From Minisyncoccia bacterium (GTDB lineage Bacteria > Patescibacteriota > Minisyncoccia > Phycocordibacterales > UBA5272): 64,000 nucleotides of DNA. The stretch is from the NCBI GenBank assembly GCA_038256975.1, contig JBBSJU010000003.1, forward strand, positions 4,807 through 68,806, in the 5' to 3' direction. A model generated the notes under the pieces. It had not been told where the DNA came from and did no database searches. It saw nothing but the letters and a program-made list of their open reading frames with translations. Shown one piece after another: positions 37,779-45,792 of the stretch. Each line of letters starts with the position of its first letter. Position 1 is the first letter of the stretch. The position numbers were made by a program, and so were the translations under genes.

Positions 37779-39692
37779 TTACTTTTCGTCCCATTTCCAC
37801 ACACCTTTCCAACTTGCAAGATCGATAGTTTTCATGCGTTCAACAAGCATTTTCGACGGCTCATCACCATGTGCTGCTAAGGTTTCTAAATATTTCTTCG
37901 CGGTTTCAAAATTCCCTTTTACATACGCATCAAAACCAGTCTCATAGTTTTTTACAAACTCTCGCATAGAGTCACTTGCTCGAAGTGGCTCATAAATAGT
38001 TGTGGGTTCACTTTTTCCTTTCACTGTCATTACGTCAAGTTTACGGAAAAGAATTTTATCATCAGTAATAGCATTTCGTGTTGACTCACCTACCATAGTT
38101 ACGACACCATATTTTTTCGTTAGACCTTCAAAACGAGAGCCTGTGTTTACTGCATCACCCATAATCGTGTAATTAAAGCGCGCATCACTTCCCATGTTTC
38201 CTACCACCATTTCCCCACTATTTATTCCAATACCAATCCCAAGCTTCATGCCATTTGCATCTGCTTTTTCTTTGTTAAAAGCAACTAGCGCTTCTTGCAT
38301 AGCAAGTGCCGTCTCGACAGCTAAAAGCTCGTGGTTTTCCGTGACCACAGGCGCATTCCAAAATGCCATAATTGCGTCACCAATATACTTGTCGATTGTG
38401 CCTCGACGTTCCAAAACAAGCGGTGACATTGTGTTTAAATAATCATTCAAAAGGTCTACAAGCCCCTCTGGTGAAAGTTTTTCCGAAAAAGTGGTGAAAC
38501 CACGAATATCAGAAAAAAGCACGGTCATATAGCGTTTTTCACCACCAAGTTTTAGCTTTGTCGGATCACTAATAAGTTCTTCCAGAAGCGACGGATGTAC
38601 GTATGTACCGAAAACCTTTTTGAGATACTCATTTTTCCGAATATTAGATACGTACGAATACAAGAGACTTAAACCGTATGAAAAGAGTGGCAGCCCTACT
38701 GCCCACGGCACGTAGGTTTTATAGCCATATTCATAACCAATAATCGCTCCGAAAAACGTTGCGCTCGCAACAAGTACAAGAATGATTATTTGTGTAGAAA
38801 AACGTTTGACGAAGAAAGGAAGGAAAGCGATCAAGAATGCAAAGATAATATTTACCAAGAGTGTTACGTGACTTGGAACAGATATTAAGCGAACATTATT
38901 GAGGCTATGGGCAATCGCACTTGCGTGAATTTCGACTCCATTAATTTTACTTCCTAAAAGTCCGAAGAAAGAATCTTGCTCAAGATCTGTTGTGGCAAAT
39001 CCGATAAGAATTACTTTATCTTTAAGGGTTTCAAGGGGAACATCTGTATCAACAACATCAACAAATGATACTTTTGGAATGTTTTCTTGGTAACGGAAAA
39101 GTTTTTGCTCAGTATCACAACTCCCTGGCATGTATTCACTCATTTTTGTAGCAACGGAAAGAATTTTTTTTGAAAATGAAGGCAAGCATTCTTTGTTATA
39201 CAAAAAGTAATTTTGCACTGAACGCACCTTGGCATCGTTGTCAGGAAAAACGTTCACCACTCCTTCATGAACACGTGGCGAAATATCACCATACAAAGAC
39301 GAAATATACGTATCTTCTTCTACTTTTGTTGCAAAAACAACATCAGTCTTCATGGTACGAAGCGTATTTTTAAACACCTCATCTCCCGCCCGTGACTCAG
39401 CAAACAAAATATCAAAACCAATCACCCGAGGATTATAACTATCGAGTGAGGTGAGTAGATTTGCGTAAATATCCCTATCCCATGGAAAAGCTCCGTACCG
39501 CGCCAAGCTCTTTTCATCAATACCAATAATAACAACATCCTTTCGCTCTGTTCCTGTGGTAAGTGGATCAAAAAAAATATTATTTATGTTCTGAAAGAGA
39601 TTCCATTGCAAAACCCACGTAAAAAAAACGATACTTACAACCCAAACAATGAAAAAGGTTTTGTGTGTCGTGATGTTTAGATTTTTTTTCAC
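37779..39692 (-). CDS. CHASE2 sensor-domain class III adenylate/guanylate cyclase
   Basis: N-terminal TM plus CHASE2-like extracytoplasmic domain (VVIIGIDEKSLARYGAFPWDRD). Three TM helices. The CYCc domain carries FSDIRGFTTFSE...KYIGDAIMAFWNAP...GINSGEMVVGNMG. Confidence 0.75.
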   Translation of the reverse strand: MKKNLNITTHKTFFIVWVVSIVFFTWVLQWNLFQNINNIFFDPLTTGTERKDVVIIGIDEKSLARYGAFPWDRDIYANLLTSLDSYNPRVIGFDILFAESRAGDEVFKNTLRTMKTDVVFATKVEEDTYISSLYGDISPRVHEGVVNVFPDNDAKVRSVQNYFLYNKECLPSFSKKILSVATKMSEYMPGSCDTEQKLFRYQENIPKVSFVDVVDTDVPLETLKDKVILIGFATTDLEQDSFFGLLGSKINGVEIHASAIAHSLNNVRLISVPSHVTLLVNIIFAFLIAFLPFFVKRFSTQIIILVLVASATFFGAIIGYEYGYKTYVPWAVGLPLFSYGLSLLYSYVSNIRKNEYLKKVFGTYVHPSLLEELISDPTKLKLGGEKRYMTVLFSDIRGFTTFSEKLSPEGLVDLLNDYLNTMSPLVLERRGTIDKYIGDAIMAFWNAPVVTENHELLAVETALAMQEALVAFNKEKADANGMKLGIGIGINSGEMVVGNMGSDARFNYTIMGDAVNTGSRFEGLTKKYGVVTMVGESTRNAITDDKILFRKLDVMTVKGKSEPTTIYEPLRASDSMREFVKNYETGFDAYVKGNFETAKKYLETLAAHGDEPSKMLVERMKTIDLASWKGVWKWDEK

Positions 39693-39702
39693 AAGCTACG
39701 CC

Positions 39703-41007
39703 TTAGAAAGGATAATTTTCAGTGTACCCTTCATCAAGAATTCGATTGTCTGTATCAGTTGAAGAACAGAATAGTTTTAATGCTCGAAGGAAATTAAGAA
39801 TTCCATCTTTGTTTGGTACCGTGCCTTTGTATGTCGTTTCGAAAGCAAGCAAACGTGCTTTAAGTATTTCAGGAGTAAGTGGATTCACCCGCGAGCACAG
39901 TGTTGCTTTGTCTGAATAGATTGGGAACCAATATTCATAGCGTCTATCAAACTCAAGAACAAAAGGATCATTACTATCACTCATGCTCGGGTCAAGCGGA
40001 GGGAGATTTTCATCGTCACTTAAAAGGTTTGCCGTATCATCTATTCGTGTCTCATTTGCAAGAAGTGTTGGTTTGATTAATGTTGTGTCTTCTGTGCTGA
40101 CATCTGTTTTTGCGACAAGAACTTTTGAATTATCTTCCGAAATGGATTCATCTTGTATTCCTTTTTCCTGTTTAAACTTCTTAACTCGATCACGAAGTGC
40201 GTCCATTTTTTCTTTGTCAGTCATTCCCTCTTTTTGTTTCTTCACTTCCTCGATCATCTTTTCGATAAACTCACGACGGTTTTCTGGCTTCTCTGTTGCT
40301 TCGTCAACAATTTCATTTTTCTCCATCCAACCACCATCTCGTTTATCTTTTTCTCCCATGCGAAAAGGCGCAAGTGGTCGTGTAATTTGAATAGATGTGT
40401 CTGGAATATCAACTTGAGAACCTTCCTCAACAACAACTTCTTCAAGTACCACTGGTGCTTCTTTGAGCGGCTTAGTGCTGTCGAGCTTCTTAACACTTAC
40501 TTTACTTTCAGTTACTTTTACATTCGACTTTTTAGTACTCTTATCAAAGAAAACCGCAAACTTTGTACCCCGAACCGCAGCCAATGTTCCCGGAGTACGT
40601 ACTTCGTATTGTTGCCCTGATTCGAGCGTCTTTACGCGGTGGTAGGTATTTCCAAGTGTTTGAAGAATAGAAATTTTTTCTTTTGAATATTCAATGGTTA
40701 CAGCGGTATTTTTATCAATCGACATCATTGAGTTATCTGGGAAAAGTACGTACGCCGATCCTTCAGCTGTTCGCACGTAAGTACCTGTCTGAATCACAGT
40801 ACTTGAATAATCTTTATCAAGTTTTACTTCCTGTGCTCTCTTGTTGGTGTAAAAGACTTCTCCTGACTCCCAATAAAGGGTAATCATATCCTTGTCAGTA
40901 AAACCATTTTCAACCGGCTGACCATTTGGGCCTGTTTTTGAGGTAAACACAAAAAAGAGTGCCCCCGCTACAAGAACGCCAAGTAACGCAATACCTATTT
41001 TCTTCAT
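39703..41007 (-). CDS. membrane-anchored FecR-domain protein with acidic Lys/Glu-rich linker and C-terminal domain
   Basis: Signal/TM. FecR-like beta-rich block (YVRTAEGSAYVLFPDNSMMSIDKNTAVTI...VRTPGTLAAVRGTKFAVF). Confidence 0.55.
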   Translation of the reverse strand: MKKIGIALLGVLVAGALFFVFTSKTGPNGQPVENGFTDKDMITLYWESGEVFYTNKRAQEVKLDKDYSSTVIQTGTYVRTAEGSAYVLFPDNSMMSIDKNTAVTIEYSKEKISILQTLGNTYHRVKTLESGQQYEVRTPGTLAAVRGTKFAVFFDKSTKKSNVKVTESKVSVKKLDSTKPLKEAPVVLEEVVVEEGSQVDIPDTSIQITRPLAPFRMGEKDKRDGGWMEKNEIVDEATEKPENRREFIEKMIEEVKKQKEGMTDKEKMDALRDRVKKFKQEKGIQDESISEDNSKVLVAKTDVSTEDTTLIKPTLLANETRIDDTANLLSDDENLPPLDPSMSDSNDPFVLEFDRRYEYWFPIYSDKATLCSRVNPLTPEILKARLLAFETTYKGTVPNKDGILNFLRALKLFCSSTDTDNRILDEGYTENYPF

Positions 41008-41086
41008 CCATATATCCTAACACAGAATGAAGAGAGGTATTGAAAAATATACACAAAACAGGTACAGTTTGAAACGTATCCACATC

Positions 41087-41158
41087 GGCCCTATCGTCTA
41101 GTGGTTAGGACAGCGGGTTCTCAATCCGTCAACCGGAGTTCGACTCTCCGTAGGGTCA
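41087..41158 (+). tRNA. tRNA-Glu (anticodon CTC), CCA not encoded
   Basis: Acceptor ggcccta/tagggtc. D-arm tcgtctagtggttaggaca, typical of Glu/Gln tRNAs. Anticodon loop ttCTCaa. T-arm cggag-ttcgact-ctccg. Discriminator A. Confidence 0.85.
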
Positions 41159-41171
41159 CACGTACAAAAAA

Positions 41172-41195
41172 CGCTGCGCAGGCAGCTATTTTTGT
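41172..41195 (+). terminator. short hairpin + T-run downstream of tRNA-Glu
   Basis: gctgc-gcag-gcagc followed by tatttttgtt. Confidence 0.35.
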
Positions 41196-41196
41196 T

Positions 41197-41244
41197 GTGT
41201 GACCCTAAGCAAGCAAACTGCTTTGCTTGCGTCGGAGAGTCGAA
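41197..41244 (-). repeat. inverted partial copy of the tRNA-Glu 3' end (T-loop through acceptor 3' strand, 22 nt) split by a 25-nt hairpin insert
   Basis: The reverse complement of 41197..41244 is ttcgactctccg + acgcaagcaaagcagtttgcttgct + tagggtcaca. The tRNA 3' end at 41139..41160 is ttcgactctccgtagggtcaca. Confidence 0.6.
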
Positions 41245-41355
41245 AAGCTTTTCCATGTTTTGAGAATCTTTGATACGATAAAACAGGAAAAGGTGTACTG
41301 CGACTGTAGGTCGAGACTCTCGTTTAATCACCATCAACAGCTAGCACCAGTAGCG

Positions 41356-41388
41356 TACAAAAACCTCCTATTTGGAGGTTTTTGTACT
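41356..41388. repeat. perfect 14-bp-stem palindrome gtacaaaaacctcc-tattt-ggaggtttttgtac upstream of gene A
   Basis: Direct inspection. Could act as a bidirectional terminator or operator. Confidence 0.55.
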
Positions 41389-41392
41389 TGTG

Positions 41393-41424
41393 AAAAAAAA
41401 TTGAAAAAGTTATATAATCTTTTT
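41393..41424 (+). promoter_or_regulatory. AT-rich promoter-like region with TATAAT hexamer ending 8 nt before the ATG of gene A (near-leaderless)
   Basis: ttgaaaaagttatataatctttttATG. A -35-like ttgtga/ttgaaa lies upstream. Confidence 0.3.
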
Positions 41425-42318
41425 ATGAAAACCATGTTTACAGACAAATTTCCCGACGACATGAAATCTAACACGGAGCTCGAAGCAGTAAAAATTAAAT
41501 ACCCTAATTATGACGACTATTACGTTGCGAGCGGATCGATAAAAGAACGTAGAGAGAGGTTCGATGAAATGTATCAAATATATGCTCCATATGCGGATAG
41601 ACATTTTCTATCAGATCTCAAAAAGCAATTTCATCAACGAACGTGGGAGATGTATATTGGATATGTTCTTGTAAAAAACAGTGTTATTTTCACCTCGACC
41701 GACAAAGGCCCAGATTTTCTTATAGAAACTCCTGGCGGAAAGATTTGGATTGAAGCAGTTGCGTGTGGTCCAGGAGAAGGACCAGATCGAGTTCCTGCAA
41801 TGGTGTATGGTGGAGTAAGTAACGTCCCTCAGGAAGAAATGATCATACGTATAGTTAGTAGTCTTGATTCAAAGTATAAAAAATTTAAAAAATACCTAGC
41901 TGACGGTATTGTGTCTCCGGAAGATAAATTGATAATTGCCGTAAACGCAGGCGGATTTTCACACATTGTTGACGGAGATATGCCACTTATTTTAAAGGCA
42001 ATTTTTGCCATTGGCCACAAAACACTGTCATGGCCTATAAATTCTGATCATAGTGTTCCTGGAAAATCAGGTGTTTCGACCAGAAATTTTATCGAGAAAA
42101 GAAATGGGAGTAAGGTGCCGACAACTTTTTTTCTTGAAGAAGACCATAAAATAATCAGTGCCATAATGTATTGCAGTAAAAACATACTGAATCATGAAAA
42201 TCCCCCTGGGATAGATATTTCAGTTGTGAGAAACTACATCGCTACCAATTCACTCCCAGAAACTGAGTTTCCGTTTATGGATTATATTAGTACAAAAAAC
42301 GGAGAAATTCTAATATAG
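41425..42318 (+). CDS. hypothetical protein (islet gene A), possible PD-(D/E)xK-like nuclease fold
   Basis: 297 aa from ATG 41425 (MKTMFTDKF...). The track ORF starts at 41227 but would span the palindrome and tRNA fragment. GPDFLIETPGGKIWIEAVA is weakly reminiscent of a D...ExK motif. No confident family. Confidence 0.5.
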   Translation: MKTMFTDKFPDDMKSNTELEAVKIKYPNYDDYYVASGSIKERRERFDEMYQIYAPYADRHFLSDLKKQFHQRTWEMYIGYVLVKNSVIFTSTDKGPDFLIETPGGKIWIEAVACGPGEGPDRVPAMVYGGVSNVPQEEMIIRIVSSLDSKYKKFKKYLADGIVSPEDKLIIAVNAGGFSHIVDGDMPLILKAIFAIGHKTLSWPINSDHSVPGKSGVSTRNFIEKRNGSKVPTTFFLEEDHKIISAIMYCSKNILNHENPPGIDISVVRNYIATNSLPETEFPFMDYISTKNGEILI

Positions 42319-42322
42319 TACA

Positions 42323-43450
42323 TTATTGAGGTTGCTTATCTTTCAAAAAGTTTAATAGGCAGTGACGAACAAGCGATTCAAAGAAATGGGCGAATGGTAA
42401 TTTTTGCGAACCAGAAAATGATCTATTGTCGATAGTCATACCCATACTTGGATCGGTATCCCAAGTCCTAGCCTCTTTCATTCTTAGTGGCATACTCAAG
42501 TACATTGATTCGCCACTATGGAGATACGCAGATCTGGCACTATATATGGTTTTTAGTGTCGGAACTAAGGCATCTTTTCTTATTTTACAATGTTCGGCTC
42601 TAGATTTTCCGCCTTTAAAAAATCTTGTGCAATATTTTTTAATAAAGGAAACAAAACGTAACTTAGAATTCCTGACAGAAAAAATCTCCTTCAATTTATC
42701 CTGTTGTTCTTTTGACAAACTAGTGACATCCACGATTTCGTGTATTTCCCTTGCACTAAAAATATCCACTGAAGAATCCATATCTATATACTTACTTAAA
42801 ATTTCTACGGCCGAAACAAGTCGAATGAATACCATTTCGGTGTCTAGACTAACTTGTCTCAAGGATTGTAAATATTGAAATGATGCCCATAAGAAATCTT
42901 GATGGAACTCCGTGGGTAGAGATCTGATCTTGTCTAAAAATTCAACAAGCCCAACACTAAAACTACGGGTCTTGTCTGAAAAAATAGTCGGATGAATCCC
43001 ACCTTCTGTACGCCTGTATTTTAAATATCTTTCGGATCGATGTTTTTGTCCATTTGAAAAAATGGTACTAGTCGCAACGATATAAAATCTGCATTGAAAA
43101 TATAAAGAGAATAAAGATATAAATTCTTCTGCCACCCCCTCCTTAAAATAGTAACCGCTTTTGTGGACATCTAGGTAACGCGAGTCGTTCTGTTCTCCAT
43201 GTGTGGCAGACTTTATTCGGAGAAGATATTTATATAAACCATTTTCATCTTTTTCAAAAGTTAAAAATGAACATGAAATTAACCCTTTCTCGTAATCAAG
43301 CCCGCCGGTTATACGGCATTCAGTGGCAATTTCATATTCTTCAAAATACTGATCTTTCTTTTTTCTAAATTTAACACAGTCAATATGCCTGACCCAGGAC
43401 ATTCTATTGTCTAGTTTTCTTCTGACTATGGACATATCTAAATAGTACAC
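42323..43450 (-). CDS. hypothetical protein (islet gene B) with C-terminal Rx4H HEPN-like motif; candidate abortive-infection/defence RNase
   Basis: 375 aa. C-terminal TIYSARSAYLHSGE matches the R-x4-H HEPN motif. Convergent with gene A, stops 4 nt apart. Confidence 0.45.
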   Translation of the reverse strand: MYYLDMSIVRRKLDNRMSWVRHIDCVKFRKKKDQYFEEYEIATECRITGGLDYEKGLISCSFLTFEKDENGLYKYLLRIKSATHGEQNDSRYLDVHKSGYYFKEGVAEEFISLFSLYFQCRFYIVATSTIFSNGQKHRSERYLKYRRTEGGIHPTIFSDKTRSFSVGLVEFLDKIRSLPTEFHQDFLWASFQYLQSLRQVSLDTEMVFIRLVSAVEILSKYIDMDSSVDIFSAREIHEIVDVTSLSKEQQDKLKEIFSVRNSKLRFVSFIKKYCTRFFKGGKSRAEHCKIRKDALVPTLKTIYSARSAYLHSGESMYLSMPLRMKEARTWDTDPSMGMTIDNRSFSGSQKLPFAHFFESLVRHCLLNFLKDKQPQ

Positions 43451-43508
43451 TCCCCCTCCCTAAACCCCAAAAGCCCCCAACACGGCCTTCCCCCCAAAGA
43501 TACATACC

Positions 43509-43582
43509 CAAATAAAAAACCCACCAAATTTGGTGAGCATTCTTGGTCTAAGGTGACATGGAGTCACCTTAGACCACTTTTT
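43509..43582 (-). terminator. tandem-hairpin terminator downstream of islet gene C
   Basis: 13-bp perfect stem ggtctaaggtgac-atgga-gtcaccttagacc. Second hairpin caccaaatttggtg. On the minus strand a gggttttttatttggg T-run follows. Confidence 0.55.
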
Positions 43583-43590
43583 CGGCAAGC

Positions 43591-44181
43591 CTAGCGCTTA
43601 CCCTTCTTGCCGCTGCCTGCACTCGCACCTTTACGAGCCTGGCATTCGCCATTCCTAGCAGCATGGTTCGCCCAGCGACGACTCTCGACACCGGCTGCTT
43701 TTGCACGGGCGGTTTTGCCCGTCGAGGCGCGTTGTTTCAGCTTGAGCCAGGCGGGAACGTCCATACTTCGCGGCAGAGACTTCGGCTGGAGGTCGTTGAA
43801 ATAAACCGACCAGCCATTTTTGTTCTCGAACGTACAGTTGACCAGCTCCTGTTCCGGACTACCGAAGAATCGGTAGGAGAACGCTCCGGGTTGCAAAAGC
43901 ATATTTTCGATGCCGGCAGCGGCAACCATCTTACTTGCTTTCGCGAGCAGCCAGGTTGCCCCGATTGCCCGGATGTCGGAGACCTTGAGGAGAAAAGCGT
44001 TCCCCTTGCCGGTAAACTCACGACCCGTGTCGTGAGCAAAAGTTGCGTTCACGAGGAATGACCCTGATGACTGAATGATTCCCCGATCATTCAGTCGCAC
44101 CAGAGTCATTCGAGGATCGTTGACCAGATCATCGAATGAGATCCATGTGCTATGCTTTGTCACAACGTTCATGTTGTTCAT
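43591..44181 (-). CDS. hypothetical protein (islet gene C), 54% GC, with Lys/Arg/Ala-rich basic C-terminal tail
   Basis: Start at ATG 44181, preceded by strong SD AGGAGA with a 5-nt spacer (MNNMNVVTKH...). The track ORF extends to 44220. GC is ~17 points above the genome background. The C-terminal 45 aa are highly basic (KQRASTGKTARAKAAG...KGASAGSGKKGKR). Confidence 0.5.
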   Translation of the reverse strand: MNNMNVVTKHSTWISFDDLVNDPRMTLVRLNDRGIIQSSGSFLVNATFAHDTGREFTGKGNAFLLKVSDIRAIGATWLLAKASKMVAAAGIENMLLQPGAFSYRFFGSPEQELVNCTFENKNGWSVYFNDLQPKSLPRSMDVPAWLKLKQRASTGKTARAKAAGVESRRWANHAARNGECQARKGASAGSGKKGKR

Positions 44182-44376
44182 GGTTGTCTCCTGATAGCTC
44201 CATCGAACCCTTATCCCCATGAAGGAAAGGTGGAGGGGTCCTTGACCCAGATTGGAAGTTTAGTCCGACCGTTCGAAAGTCTTTATGGACAAACTTGGGA
44301 AATATTTCCCGAAAAATATCTAAATAATTAGTTTTTAGGTTCTTTTCAGGAAACATTTCCTTTCAAAGATCAGGCT

Positions 44377-44418
44377 GTATACTAATACCAGTATACTATA
44401 TATACATAATTTTGTCAA
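44377..44418 (-). promoter_or_regulatory. consensus sigma70 promoter TTGACA-17-TATACT with palindromic operator overlapping the -10/TSS, driving islet gene C
   Basis: Minus strand reads ttgacaaaattatgtatatatagtatactggtattagtatac. The palindrome gtatact-aatacc-agtatac (44377..44396) overlaps the -10 box. A ~200-nt 5' UTR follows. Confidence 0.5.
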
Positions 44419-44446
44419 GTATAGCCTCCCTTGTATTAATAGGACG

Positions 44447-45757
44447 TTACCTCCCCCTCCACTCCTCGTTCTGCCGTACCAAAAGTTCATCTTTCATTTC
44501 TGGATATCGCAAGAGTTCTTCTGTAGCACGTTCCATACGAATACCTTGAGAGGCTTTGAGAAGCACTACGTCCCCTTCTTCTAGTAAACTCTCAGCAAAT
44601 TTTCCTGCACTACGCGAATCTTCAAACTGAAAAATATTATCCTCGTGCATACCATCATTAAGCGCACCTTCGACAATAAAGCGTGCTCGCATACCAACAG
44701 TAATAAGCTTGTGTGCTGCCTGGCTTGCGTCTTTGCCGATTTCTTTATGTACTCGTTCAGTATGTTTACCAAGCTCAAGCATGTCACCTAAAATTGCTAT
44801 TTTCTTTCCTCGGACTTCGATTTCCCGCAGAGTCTCGAGAGCGTGCTTCATAGCTTTGGGAGCAGCGTTGTAAGTGTCATCAAGAAGAATTGCGCCCTTC
44901 ACACCATCTAAGATCCGCATTCGCCCAGATTCTGGCGTGTATTCTGAAAGTGCGTTATCAAGAAGCGTGAGATCAACATCAAGCACTTGGGCAACAGCAC
45001 CCGCAGCGGCGCCTGCAGCAGCGTACACACGACCTAGATAGCCTTTGCGCTCAATATGCACCACTTTTCCATCCTGAGTGTGGAGCTCATACTGCATACC
45101 TGAAATATCTTTCTTTGTTTCGTCTTTTTTGTCGTACAAATATGAGTCGTTATGAATCGAAACGGTATTGTCTGCATTAAAGCCGAAAGTAACTTTTGTG
45201 TGCGTAATGTCTTCGGCAATTTTTGTTGCATCAGCATCATCGCCACAATATACAAAGACGCCGTCTTTTTTCAATGCTTGTGGCAGAAAAGCTTTTTCTT
45301 TGATTATAAGGTCGCGATTGTTTTGGAAATTTTCTATGTGTACTGGAGTCTCACCAAACTGAGTAAGTACCGCAATGTTTGGCTTGAGCCATTTTGTGAG
45401 TGTTTCGATATCACCGGGTGCGTCGGCACCAACTTCAAGCACCAGCCACGTGGGGTATTCCTCACGAACAATGAGACGGAGCGTACTTCGCACAAGAAGT
45501 GCAAGCCAGCCAAACGGATTACTCCACTGATTGTCTTCACCTAAGATAGTCAGCGGTACTCCTATTTCACTGTTAAAACTTTTGTAGCTTTTGCGGGCAG
45601 AATATGTGGTGGCGATGGCGGCAAAGATTGCATCTTTACTTGAAGTCTTACCAATATTTCCGGTGACAGCGATAATTTTTGGCTTATAGGCCTTAAGTGT
45701 TGCCTGAGCAAGGACGCGCAACAAGAATACAACGACGGGCTTAAAAAATGATTGCAT
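44447..45757 (-). CDS. murF: UDP-N-acetylmuramoyl-tripeptide--D-alanyl-D-alanine ligase
   Basis: IIAVTGNIGKTSSKD P-loop. Mur ligase domains. C-terminal LLKASQGIRMERATEEL is MurF-like. Confidence 0.85.
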   Translation of the reverse strand: MQSFFKPVVVFLLRVLAQATLKAYKPKIIAVTGNIGKTSSKDAIFAAIATTYSARKSYKSFNSEIGVPLTILGEDNQWSNPFGWLALLVRSTLRLIVREEYPTWLVLEVGADAPGDIETLTKWLKPNIAVLTQFGETPVHIENFQNNRDLIIKEKAFLPQALKKDGVFVYCGDDADATKIAEDITHTKVTFGFNADNTVSIHNDSYLYDKKDETKKDISGMQYELHTQDGKVVHIERKGYLGRVYAAAGAAAGAVAQVLDVDLTLLDNALSEYTPESGRMRILDGVKGAILLDDTYNAAPKAMKHALETLREIEVRGKKIAILGDMLELGKHTERVHKEIGKDASQAAHKLITVGMRARFIVEGALNDGMHEDNIFQFEDSRSAGKFAESLLEEGDVVLLKASQGIRMERATEELLRYPEMKDELLVRQNEEWRGR

Positions 45758-45792
45758 AACGAATGATACACACCATTGTACCTCACTTTTTC

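Noticed and set aside
41098-41337. 79-aa minus-strand ORF overlapping tRNA-Glu
   Set aside because: It overlaps a well-folding tRNA and the tRNA-fragment/hairpin region. No SD or promoter. Spurious.
41227-41424. Upstream extension of gene A to the ATG at 41227
   Set aside because: The extension would run through the inverted tRNA fragment and the 14-bp-stem palindrome, and the TATAAT box sits just before 41425. The shorter start is more plausible.
44200-44446. attR direct repeat of the tRNA-Glu 3' end at the right boundary of the islet
   Set aside because: Only weak resemblance (atcgaaccctta) was found. No convincing direct repeat of ttcgactctccgtagggtcaca, so the precise right boundary is undefined.
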